A DNA stretch of 49,197 nt from a virus. Lineage: Duplodnaviria; Caudoviricetes. The position numbers and the translations under genes were made by a program. The notes under the pieces were generated by a model. The model was not told the DNA's origin and did no database searches. It saw only the letters and a list, made by a program, of their open reading frames with translations. The stretch lies in the IMG/VR virus record IMGVR_UViG_3300028586_000397, positions 1-49,197 of that record. One strand, given 5' to 3'. Below, piece after piece: positions 36,371 to 44,964 of the stretch (position 1 is the stretch's first letter; each line of letters begins with the position of its first letter).

Positions 36371-37938
36371 CAGCGCTGATTTTTGATACGGCTCGTCTGG
36401 CCGATAGCAGCTTCGTTTTCGATAGCCCTTCAATTGCACCTGCAGAGCCTGCAGCGCCGTCGATTACCGACGCGGACTTTGCGGCCTGGCTGGCCAGCGA
36501 TGACGCGATCACGAACATCCTGGTCGAGACCTGGGCGCTCGTCGACGGCGTGCGCACGCCGTTCTTCTGGTCGACCAACGGCTACACCACCGAGGGCACG
36601 AACAATCCGGTCTTCTATGCGCCAGTGGTGGGCGTGAGCATCCCGTTCACGGAGGCGCTGTCGCTGACGTCGACGGCGTCGCTGTCGGCCGGCGACATCG
36701 AGATCGACAACACCAACGGGATGAACGAGCACTTCGCACACTACATCTGGGCAGATGAGGTGCTGGCCGTGGTGGGCGATGTCCGCTGGCCGCGTTCCGA
36801 CTACCGCCCGATCTTCGTCGGCCACTCGGTGGGCCTGGTGCGCAAAGGTCCGCGCGCATTCGCGCTGCGCTTGCGGGACATGATGGAGGGGTTGAACTAC
36901 CCGATCAGCGAGCGCAAGTTCGGCGGCGCCGGCGTGAACGCGGACACCCTGATCCCCCTGACCTTCGGGGAGTGCTGCAACGCCAGTGGGGAGTGGAGCA
37001 ACACCAACACGCTCGAGCGTCAATGGCACGACGGCCCGATCGAGGGCATCGTCGAAACGCGCGCCAACGGCATTCCGATCAGCGAGCAGGTCATCGTGTC
37101 CGAGAGCACCGGCAAATCGCTCCTGACGGTGAATAACGAAAGCGCGACCATTACCGCCACTGTCCAGGGTGACAAGTTCGGCGGGGTCTTCCGCAAAACG
37201 ATCGCGAAGCTGATCGAACGCCTCATCACTGGCTACGGCAAGGACGTCGGCCGCTACACCCTGGCCAACATCGATACGGGGAATTTCGCGGAGTTCGACG
37301 CGGCGCATCCGCAGCCGGTTGGGCTGCACGTGCGCGAGCGCCTGAACGTCATCGATGCGTGCACGATGCTTGCCGGCAGCGTGGGTGCCCAGCTGGCCCC
37401 TTCACTCGACGGCAAGCTGCAGCTGATCCAGATCGCGTTGCCGGCTGCAGGACCTGCAATGGAGATCCGGGCCAAGCACATGGTCGACGGCACTTTGCGC
37501 CACGTGCAGCACATCGACCCGGTGGCGGCCGTGAAGCTGGGCTACTGCCGGAACTGGACGGCGCAGCCAGGACTGCAGAGCAACCTGCCGGCTGAACACA
37601 AGGTGCTCTTCGAGAAGGAGTGGCCGCTTACCGTGACCCGCGTCGACGATGACATAAAGCGTAAGTACAAGCTCGACGGCGATCCGGTCATGCGCGCCAC
37701 GATGCTGCTGCGCGGCGACGATGCGGCGCCTGAAGCCGATCGCGAACTGGTCCTGTGGGGGCCGGGGCGCGACATCTACGAATTCGACGGTATCCCCGAT
37801 CTGCTCATGCTCAAGAAGGGACAGCGCCTGGTCGTCTACCACGAGCAGGACGGAATGATCGCCGGCGTCGAAGCCCAGGTGATCGAGATCCAGCGCGACT
37901 GGTGGACGCGCACCGTAACTGTGAGGTTCCTGAAATGA
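36367..37938 (+). CDS. Tail tip/hub protein
   Basis: GDIEIDN, PLTFGECCN, KLGYCRNWT; coupled in the tail operon. Confidence 0.7.
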   Translation: MTALIFDTARLADSSFVFDSPSIAPAEPAAPSITDADFAAWLASDDAITNILVETWALVDGVRTPFFWSTNGYTTEGTNNPVFYAPVVGVSIPFTEALSLTSTASLSAGDIEIDNTNGMNEHFAHYIWADEVLAVVGDVRWPRSDYRPIFVGHSVGLVRKGPRAFALRLRDMMEGLNYPISERKFGGAGVNADTLIPLTFGECCNASGEWSNTNTLERQWHDGPIEGIVETRANGIPISEQVIVSESTGKSLLTVNNESATITATVQGDKFGGVFRKTIAKLIERLITGYGKDVGRYTLANIDTGNFAEFDAAHPQPVGLHVRERLNVIDACTMLAGSVGAQLAPSLDGKLQLIQIALPAAGPAMEIRAKHMVDGTLRHVQHIDPVAAVKLGYCRNWTAQPGLQSNLPAEHKVLFEKEWPLTVTRVDDDIKRKYKLDGDPVMRATMLLRGDDAAPEADRELVLWGPGRDIYEFDGIPDLLMLKKGQRLVVYHEQDGMIAGVEAQVIEIQRDWWTRTVTVRFLK

Positions 37939-40358
37939 CCACTGCAATCAACGATATCGACCGCCTGCTGCAAGCGGCGCCTGTACGCGTCATCCACCTG
38001 GGCCAGGCGCAGGTGATCGTCACTGCGGCGCCGCCGCTCTTCCACCTGCTGGCCGATGGCATGCCGGAATACCCGGAGATCGAGCTCGAGGCGACGGTCA
38101 TCGGTCTGACTGGTGAGGTCGTCTGGACGTGCTCGGGCGGCACCCTGAGCGAAGTGAACGGCGCCACCGCGAAGCTGCGCTATGTCGACCTGGTGGCCGG
38201 CGCCGCCACCGTGGTCGCGTCAGTCACCTATGCCGGCGAGGAGATCATCGGCCGGGCCAGCATCTCCGTGGTGCGCGATGGCTCGGCCAGCGCGGGCGCC
38301 AAGCTCCTCGAGCTCAATCCGTCGGAGCAGGTTTTCAAAATCAACGCTGCAGGCGAACACAGCCCGGCCGCCATTTCGCTGACCGCCATCGGCCAGAACC
38401 TGGCGGGCACGCCGCGGTTCACGTTCGCCTCCGGAAGCGGGACCCTGGCGGCCGGCGCGACGTCGTCGCAAAAGGTCCTGTCCTTCGACAATATGGTGAC
38501 CGACACCGTCACGATTCAGGTCGAGCAGGACGGTCAGGTCGACCGCGTCACGATCAGCAAGCTGCGTGACGGAGGCAACGGCGCCGCCGGCATCACGGCA
38601 CTGCTGACGAATGAGACGGTGGCACTGCCAGCCAGCAGCGCGGGTGCTGTGTCGAGCCTGACCACGGCTGTGTGCACGATGAAGGTCTACCGGGGCACCG
38701 TCGACGATACCGACAACTGGTCGTTCTCCTTCTCGCCGGCGTCCAACGCGGCCAACGTCGCGTACACCACCGACAAGAGCACCGTCACCGTCACGGGGAT
38801 GGGCGCCGGCGTCGACGCGGCGTTCATCGATATCAAGGCGAGCAGGGACGGTGCAGCGCCGATCAGGAAGCGCTTCTCGCTGACGAAGAGCAAGGCCGGT
38901 GCGAAGGGCGAGGAGGGCACTGGCCTGCAGGGGCAACGCGGCACCGTCAACATCCCGGTGGCGATCACCGGGGTAGCATGGTCCGACGGCGCCGCTGCAG
39001 CAGGCCTCACGAACGGCGGCTATGGCTTGCCGATCCGCTTCGACCTGGTCACGCTGGTCAACACGGCTGCCGGGTACATCGAGACCAAGGTCTGGGACGG
39101 CGACACCTGGGAAGATCCGGGGCTGATCCTGAACGGCAACCTGACGGCACCAGGCTCGATCCTGACGCGCGCACTTGCAGCTGAGGCTGTAACTGCTGAA
39201 AAGATTAATAGTCGGGGTTTAGATATTAAAGACCGTGCGGGAAATGTGATCTTCTCGTCAGGCATCCCACTTGCACAGCAGGTAGCAAGCAACCCCAACC
39301 TCGCGCCAAATTGCATGGGCCTCACCGTCTTCAACGGCGCCAGTAAGAACAGAAACGGTGACGCCCGTTTTGGTGATGGGCAGTTTCTCTGGCTACCGGA
39401 GACGCAAACGAATGGTTTATACGTAGCAGGCGAAACTGGCGCGCTCAACATCCCGCGCGGTGCGCAATACACGGTCAGTTTTGATGCGAACTGCACATTG
39501 GCCGGTAGCCAGCGACGTCTGTGGGTGGACCTTGTCGGCGACGGAATTGATACTGCTGGTCTCGGAATTATCCCAACGACGACAATGACCCGGCATAAAT
39601 TTACCGAGACCATGCCTGATTTGCCCGGCGCCACCGGAGTACGCCTGCGCGTGTTCTCCACAGAGGCTTGGGGCGGTCACATCTGCATCGCAAATATTAA
39701 AGTAGAGCTGGGCGGCAAAGAAACCCCGTGGAACGATTCGGTTATCACCCCGGAAAATGCCTCGACCTTTATCCTAGCCGCCGCCATCAAGTTGGCGATG
39801 ATCGACAAGGCGTCGATCGGCCAACTGTCTGCGCTTTCAGCTTACCTCGGGACCGTGGAGCTCGGGCCAAACGGGTGGCTTCGTCAGGGCATGACCGACT
39901 ACAAGGTCGGCAAAGGCATTTGGATGGGCATGCATGGCGGTGTGCCTAAACTCGTGGTTGGCGACCCAAACAGCGGCATGCTGGAATGGGATGGCAACCA
40001 GCTGATACTCCAGAAGGCAAAAGAGGTCTCTCCGTTCAGGGGCACCTTGCCTTCCATTGACCGACGCAGCCAGGTTAATACGTCGACGCTGGTGACTTAC
40101 GCAACCCTGACTCCGACCCTTTTTGACGGTGCTTCCCCCTATCAGTCCTATCGCTGGTCAATGAACGCGGAAGTCGGTCCCAGCGGCGAGGTAGTTATGG
40201 CTGGCGACCCTCGCGGCGGATCGATCACGATCAAAGGGCGGGGCAGCAACCTCGTCAATGTGGTTTGGGTATCACTCGAAGTCGTAGACGCCAATGGCGC
40301 CGTCGCGCGCATGGGGTGTCAAATTTATTGGCAGCACGGATCAGGACAAATTCAATGA
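37935..40358 (+). CDS. Tail fiber/host-specificity protein
   Basis: Ig-like repeats, short collagen-like GAKGEEGTGLQGQRG, LAAEAVTAEKI, CBM-like insert. Confidence 0.75.
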   Translation: MTTAINDIDRLLQAAPVRVIHLGQAQVIVTAAPPLFHLLADGMPEYPEIELEATVIGLTGEVVWTCSGGTLSEVNGATAKLRYVDLVAGAATVVASVTYAGEEIIGRASISVVRDGSASAGAKLLELNPSEQVFKINAAGEHSPAAISLTAIGQNLAGTPRFTFASGSGTLAAGATSSQKVLSFDNMVTDTVTIQVEQDGQVDRVTISKLRDGGNGAAGITALLTNETVALPASSAGAVSSLTTAVCTMKVYRGTVDDTDNWSFSFSPASNAANVAYTTDKSTVTVTGMGAGVDAAFIDIKASRDGAAPIRKRFSLTKSKAGAKGEEGTGLQGQRGTVNIPVAITGVAWSDGAAAAGLTNGGYGLPIRFDLVTLVNTAAGYIETKVWDGDTWEDPGLILNGNLTAPGSILTRALAAEAVTAEKINSRGLDIKDRAGNVIFSSGIPLAQQVASNPNLAPNCMGLTVFNGASKNRNGDARFGDGQFLWLPETQTNGLYVAGETGALNIPRGAQYTVSFDANCTLAGSQRRLWVDLVGDGIDTAGLGIIPTTTMTRHKFTETMPDLPGATGVRLRVFSTEAWGGHICIANIKVELGGKETPWNDSVITPENASTFILAAAIKLAMIDKASIGQLSALSAYLGTVELGPNGWLRQGMTDYKVGKGIWMGMHGGVPKLVVGDPNSGMLEWDGNQLILQKAKEVSPFRGTLPSIDRRSQVNTSTLVTYATLTPTLFDGASPYQSYRWSMNAEVGPSGEVVMAGDPRGGSITIKGRGSNLVNVVWVSLEVVDANGAVARMGCQIYWQHGSGQIQ

Positions 40359-40945
40359 CACGACCATTTCTCATGCTGCAGGGTGTAGACAAGATCATCC
40401 TCGGCCTCTCGTATGAAGCAGATCCAGACGACGGTCCGATACTGCCAAAAGCCCCGCAGGAGCCAGGTATCACACTGGTTCGATTCGACGGCGAGTTCTC
40501 GCGCGAGGGGCGCCGCGACAGCGAGGTGGCGCAGCTGGTTGGCGACGATATCGTATGGACCGAAACAGCCTCGCTGGAGCAGCTGCGCGAGGAAAAGGCG
40601 AGCGAAATCGGCGGTGCGTGTCGTGAGCACATCGAGCGGGGCTTCGAGTGTCTTGCGTTGGGGAGTTCGCACCTGTACCCGGCCAACGCGCAGGACCAGG
40701 CGAACCTGGTTGCGTCGGTGACCGACTCGCTGCTGGCCGGAGACGATCCCGACTGGCGTACGCCGTTTTGGTGCGTCGACGCGGTCAATCTCCAATGGGA
40801 GTTCCGCCAGCACACGGCCGCGCAGATCCGACAGGTTGGCCGCGAAGGCAAGGCATCGATCCTGGCGGCGATGCAGAAGAACGAAGCGTTGCGGCGCCAG
40901 ATAGCCGTGGCGACCGCTGAAGAACTTAAAACTATCACCTGGTGA
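40355..40945 (+). CDS. Tail fiber assembly-type protein (DUF4376-like)
   Basis: C...I..GF...ALG..H.Y...DQ.NL...HTAAQIRQV...EELKTITW pattern. Confidence 0.75.
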   Translation: MTRPFLMLQGVDKIILGLSYEADPDDGPILPKAPQEPGITLVRFDGEFSREGRRDSEVAQLVGDDIVWTETASLEQLREEKASEIGGACREHIERGFECLALGSSHLYPANAQDQANLVASVTDSLLAGDDPDWRTPFWCVDAVNLQWEFRQHTAAQIRQVGREGKASILAAMQKNEALRRQIAVATAEELKTITW

Positions 40946-40949
40946 CCGA

Positions 40950-41780
40950 ATGCCGAATCTGATAATCATGAACGACAACGCAGCCGGCCGTGCTGTTATC
41001 TCGGCCGCGCCAGTGGCTCCTGGCATGGCGGCGGCCGCAATGCTGACCGACGTGAAGTCCCATGTGTGCCGATCGACGAGCACGGAGATGGAGATCGTCT
41101 TGACCTGGGACGTCGCCGAGCGGATCGGCGGTGTTCACCTGCCCTGGTGTAACGGCTCGCCGCTGACCACGATCGAGGTCCTCGGCTATTCCGACAAGGC
41201 CGGCGTCAACAACGTGCTCAGCACTGGCGTGCGGCTTGCCTGCCCCGCCCGCGCACGCGCGCTGCTGCCGCCCTGGACGCCGCGCAGCGCTGCCAGCGCG
41301 TATGCCTACGGCGGAGGCGCGCATGCCTTTACCTGGTTCGAGAACACGAGCGTCAAGCGTCTAGTCATCCGGCTCAAGGACCCTGGAAACCTGCAGGGCT
41401 ACCTCGAGGTCGCGCGGCTGTTCGTTGGCGAGGCCACCAGCCCGGATGAAAACGCGGCCTATAGCCCGGCTCGCACTGCCATCAGCACGAGCACGTCGTT
41501 CCGGACCGGCGCCGGCGATCGTCGTTCGATCCGAGGGACGAAGAGCTGGCGGCTCGCGATCGAACTGCCAAGCATGACGGAGCGCGATCGCGCGTTCATC
41601 TGCGATATGTCGGTGGCCAACGACATCGAGGTGCCGGTCATCGTCAGCCTGTACCCAGGCGACCCTTCGCATGAGCGTGAGCGGGACCATCAGATTTACG
41701 GTGCCCTGGTGCAGACCGCGGCGATGCGCCGGCCAAACTTCGTCGACCACGCCACGTCGCTTGAATGGGAGAGCATGTAA
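40950..41780 (+). CDS. Minor tail protein (possible distal-tail-like)
   Basis: GYLEVARLFVG, RTGAG, VIVSLYP; end of the tail operon. Confidence 0.6.
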   Translation: MPNLIIMNDNAAGRAVISAAPVAPGMAAAAMLTDVKSHVCRSTSTEMEIVLTWDVAERIGGVHLPWCNGSPLTTIEVLGYSDKAGVNNVLSTGVRLACPARARALLPPWTPRSAASAYAYGGGAHAFTWFENTSVKRLVIRLKDPGNLQGYLEVARLFVGEATSPDENAAYSPARTAISTSTSFRTGAGDRRSIRGTKSWRLAIELPSMTERDRAFICDMSVANDIEVPVIVSLYPGDPSHERERDHQIYGALVQTAAMRRPNFVDHATSLEWESM

Positions 41781-41835
41781 GGCATAGCTTCGCCTGCTGA
41801 GCGGGCGTTTGGTGGATGCGCAACACGTCGAAGAA

Positions 41836-41878
41836 GTCTCATTTCTCCCTAGAAATGAGACAGGTCGATTGTTAACGT
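41836..41878 (+). promoter_or_regulatory. Late promoter element 3: GTCTCATTTCTCCCTAGAAATGAGAC plus -10 TAACGT
   Basis: Identical to the copy at 24469; upstream of the lysis cassette. Confidence 0.75.
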
Positions 41879-41913
41879 TGGGAGGTCTTATTCCTCCCGA
41901 CCCAGACCTCGAT

Positions 41914-41929
41914 GTGCAGACGTCTCCAC
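41914..41929. repeat. Palindrome copy 4 (GTGCAGACGTCTCCAC, 1 mismatch)
   Basis: In the holin leader. Confidence 0.7.
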
Positions 41930-41946
41930 TAAAAATGAAAGAAGCT

Positions 41947-42375
41947 ATGTCCCTTGAAACTACCGCCGGCGCCGGTGCCCTGATCAAACTCTTCGGCGGC
42001 GCCGCCCTTGCCGGCGGCGCTGCGGCCGCTATCGGCTACATCGTCATGTGGCCGAAAAGCCGTCGTGAAGCGGCCAGCCGCTTTGCTTGCTCCATCGCCG
42101 CCTCGGTGATGTTCGGCCCGGCCCTGGCGATCGCGATGCACTCGGTCTGGCCAGGCCTGTTCGCGTCTGCCGGCGACCTCGCCGTGCAGGCTGGCGAAGC
42201 GCGCGACCTCGGCCTGCTGGTGGTCTCCGTTCCCTTCTTGGTGGTAGCCGCGCTGCCGGCGTGGTGGCTCCTTGGCGCCCTGGTCCTGTGGCTGGACAAA
42301 CGTCGCGGCAAGGACTTGGGCGAAATGGCTCAGGACGCCGCCGGTGTCGTGCGTGACGTGCGGGAGTCCTTGTAA
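41947..42375 (+). CDS. Putative holin
   Basis: Three hydrophobic segments, charged C-terminus, directly before the endolysin; alternative ATG at 41935. Confidence 0.72.
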   Translation: MSLETTAGAGALIKLFGGAALAGGAAAAIGYIVMWPKSRREAASRFACSIAASVMFGPALAIAMHSVWPGLFASAGDLAVQAGEARDLGLLVVSVPFLVVAALPAWWLLGALVLWLDKRRGKDLGEMAQDAAGVVRDVRESL

Positions 42376-42839
42376 TGCCGCCGACCGCATTCCTCAAAAT
42401 GCTGGTTCCCTTTGCGCAGGCCTGCCAGCGTGCCACGGGCGTGCCAGCGTCGATCACCCTGGCGCAGGCGGCAATCGAGTCGGGCTGGGGCGAGCGGGCA
42501 CTCGGAAACAACCTGTTCGGCATCAAGGCTGACCGGAGCTGGAAGGGCAAGACGGTCCAGTTCCGGACGCGTGAACACATCGCTGGCAGGGACTGGTCGA
42601 TCGTCGGCACCTTCCGTGCATATGACAGCTGGGAAGAGAGCATGGTCGACCACGCTCAGTTCTTCCTGAAAAACCCGCGCTATAACGCGTGCTTTAAGGA
42701 GACGACTGCCGAAGGTTGGGCGCGTGCTGTCGCTGCGGCCGGCTATGCCACCGATCCGCACTATGCGCAGGTGCTGATCGACGTCATGAAGGGCCGGAAC
42801 ATGGCCCAGTACGACGTCTGGCCAAAGGTGGCAGCGTGA
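42375..42839 (+). CDS. Endolysin, GH73 glucosaminidase (FlgJ-like)
   Basis: AQAAIESGWG, NNLFGIKA, FRAYDSW, GYATDP.Y. Confidence 0.93.
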   Translation: MPPTAFLKMLVPFAQACQRATGVPASITLAQAAIESGWGERALGNNLFGIKADRSWKGKTVQFRTREHIAGRDWSIVGTFRAYDSWEESMVDHAQFFLKNPRYNACFKETTAEGWARAVAAAGYATDPHYAQVLIDVMKGRNMAQYDVWPKVAA

Positions 42840-43318
42840 GCCGTCTCGAAAGCATCCTGATCAGCGTTATTGCCTTGGCCGGCTTGCTGTCCGTGGGCGG
42901 CATCGGCGTGCGTTGGTACGGCACCATGCAGTATCACGCGGGGCATATCGCCGCCATCGAGGAACGGGCAGCTGCAGACAGCCTGGCTATCCTTAACCGC
43001 ACCAAAGAAAACGTCGTCATGGCCATGAGTCAGGGCGCCGCCAACCTGAAAATCACCGAGGTCAAAAATGAAGAGCTTGCTCCTGTGCGCGAGCGTATTG
43101 TCACTCAGCGCGTGTACGTCGGTTCCGCAATCTGTGGATCTGCTACCGCCACCGAAAACGCCGGCGCCGGCGGCGGCGACGAAGCCAATCCCGCCGGCCG
43201 GCTGGTTCGAGAAGACGTTGAGCGAGATATTAGAGCGCTGAAGGTAGCGGTCGAGGAGCACCTGGCCACTGGTAGAGCGTGCCAGGCCGTGCTGCGTGAG
43301 AATGCATTGGCGCCGTAA
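42836..43318 (+). CDS. Inner-membrane spanin (Rz-like)
   Basis: GTG overlap, N-terminal TM, helical periplasmic region, ACQA near the C-terminus. Confidence 0.8.
   Translation: MSRLESILISVIALAGLLSVGGIGVRWYGTMQYHAGHIAAIEERAAADSLAILNRTKENVVMAMSQGAANLKITEVKNEELAPVRERIVTQRVYVGSAICGSATATENAGAGGGDEANPAGRLVREDVERDIRALKVAVEEHLATGRACQAVLRENALAP
43068..43241 (+). CDS. Outer-membrane spanin lipoprotein (Rz1-like), embedded in Rz
   Basis: GAGG RBS; MKSLLLCASVLSLSAC lipobox; Pro-rich 57 aa in the +1 frame; not in the ORF track. Confidence 0.85.
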   Translation: MKSLLLCASVLSLSACTSVPQSVDLLPPPKTPAPAAATKPIPPAGWFEKTLSEILER

Positions 43319-43360
43319 TGGACTTCCATCTTGCAACGCCGGAGGGCGATATTTATCTGT

Positions 43361-43570
43361 TCAGCTACGACGGACACGCGGTGCAGATCCCGCTAACTCC
43401 TCCAGCGGCCTCAACGAGAAGATGCGTTGCTGAGCAAGAAAAGTCCACGCCCGCGCCCACCGAATCGCCGTAGCGCGTGACCGATCATCTGCAGCAATAG
43501 CGAATCGATCCAACGCAACAGATGCCCGATAGCGGGCGTATTGGCTGGCGGTAAGAAGTGGGGGTTTCAT
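43361..43570 (-). CDS. Small hypothetical protein (moron, 69 aa)
   Basis: Antisense ORF between the lysis cassette and the methylase; AIRWARAW motif. Confidence 0.5.
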   Translation of the reverse strand: MKPPLLTASQYARYRASVALDRFAIAADDRSRATAIRWARAWTFLAQQRIFSLRPLEELAGSAPRVRRS

Positions 43571-43734
43571 AAACACACTATACCGCTAGTTAAAGACAGG
43601 GCGCCAGGTCCGATTGCGTCAACAATCGAACCTGGCCTCAATCCACTGACGCAGCCAGTGAACCGAGCAAAGGCTCTGCCACCTTCCGGAAGGCGGGCGG
43701 AGTCTAGCATGTTTATTAAGAAAAAGGTTTACAG

Positions 43735-44529
43735 ATGGCAACCCCAATCGTTCCATGGCTAGGCGGCAAACGTCGCTTGGCTGACCACATTATTCCTCAG
43801 TTCCCCGCTCATAAGTGCTACGTGGAGGTGTTCGCTGGCGGCGCTGCGCTTTACTTCATGCGGCCGCCTGCAGACGTCGAGGTGATCAACGACATCAACG
43901 GCGAGCTCGTTCGGCTCTACCGCGTCGTGCAAAACCACCTCGAGGAATTCGTGCGGCACTTCAAGTTTGCGCTTACCAGTCGAGAGGTGTTCAAGTGGCA
44001 CCAGGTGACGCCACCCGAGACCCTGACGGATATTCAAAGGGCGGTGCGGTTCTTCTATCTGCAGCAGCAATCGTTTGGGGGCAAGGTGCAGGGTCAGTCC
44101 TGGGGCACGGCTACTACGGCGCCCCCGATCAACCTGCTCCGCATTGAGGAGAACCTCTCGGCCGCGCACCTGCGGCTCGCTGGCACGTACATTGAAAACA
44201 TGGACTGGCACAAGCTGATGGAGCGCTACGACCGGCCACATACGCTCTTCTACCTGGACCCGCCATACTGGGAGACTGAGGGTTACGGCGTCGAATTTCC
44301 CTTCGACGAATACGTACGCATGGCTGCGTTGTTGAAGCGGCTGAAGGGTAAGGCGGTCATCAGCCTGAACGACCATCCGGACATCCGGCGGGTCTTTGCC
44401 GACTTCCAGATGGACACCGTGCCGATTAAATACTCTTGCGGTTCAGATGCGGCAGGGCGTGGCACGCAGCGATCAGAAGTTGTGATCTACAGCTGGGACC
44501 GTACAGCAGAGCCTGCAGGCTTGTTCTAA
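43735..44529 (+). CDS. DNA adenine methyltransferase, D12/Dam class (orphan)
   Basis: PWLGGK, YVEVFAGGAA, NDIN, YLDPPY. Confidence 0.93.
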   Translation: MATPIVPWLGGKRRLADHIIPQFPAHKCYVEVFAGGAALYFMRPPADVEVINDINGELVRLYRVVQNHLEEFVRHFKFALTSREVFKWHQVTPPETLTDIQRAVRFFYLQQQSFGGKVQGQSWGTATTAPPINLLRIEENLSAAHLRLAGTYIENMDWHKLMERYDRPHTLFYLDPPYWETEGYGVEFPFDEYVRMAALLKRLKGKAVISLNDHPDIRRVFADFQMDTVPIKYSCGSDAAGRGTQRSEVVIYSWDRTAEPAGLF

Positions 44530-44536
44530 TATTTCG

Positions 44537-44560
44537 GGCTGTGCAGACGTCTGCACAGCC
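44537..44560. repeat. Palindrome copy 5 (24-bp perfect GGCTGTGCAGACGTCTGCACAGCC)
   Basis: Intergenic between the convergent methylase and receiver genes. Confidence 0.75.
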
Positions 44561-44568
44561 TTTAAATT

Positions 44569-44964
44569 TTATTGGAACTTGCGTGCTGAAGGTGTTGCTA
44601 TTACCTTCACAAGCTCCGCGTTGATAGCCGGCATAGTGAACGGCTTTTGCACATAGCCGTCGATCGACTCAGGCAAAGCTGAGGGCGGGGGATACCCACT
44701 CACGACAATGACCTTCAAGCCATGCTGGAGTCTTTTCGCTTTCGCTGCAAACTCTTCTCCGCTTGGGTCTCCAAGGGTGAGGCTGATTAACATCGCATCG
44801 AAGTGAACGTTTTGCAACAGGTCAAACGCACGTTCGGTAGTGTTGGCTGATACCGCAACGTAGCTGATGGCCTCAAGCATGTAGGCCATCGTTTCACGGG
44901 TGAGGTTGTCGAGTTCTACAACAAGGATACAGCCGAGTAGTGGCGACGGAGAAGGTAGGGACAT
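44569..44964 (-). CDS. Atypical (pseudo-)receiver domain protein
   Basis: ILVVELD, FDAMLIS (Ser at the phospho-acceptor position), VVSGY, VQKPF. Confidence 0.75.
   Translation of the reverse strand: MSLPSPSPLLGCILVVELDNLTRETMAYMLEAISYVAVSANTTERAFDLLQNVHFDAMLISLTLGDPSGEEFAAKAKRLQHGLKVIVVSGYPPPSALPESIDGYVQKPFTMPAINAELVKVIATPSARKFQ

Noticed and set aside
37935-40945. Diversity-generating retroelement or invertible tail-fiber cassette
   Set aside because: No reverse transcriptase, invertase, template repeat or flanking inverted repeats seen
43735-44529. Restriction-modification system
   Set aside because: No adjacent endonuclease; orphan phage methylase
44537-44560. Simple rho-independent terminator
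   Set aside because: Loopless perfect palindrome whose core recurs in coding and leader positions; better explained as a protein-binding site, though it may also terminate
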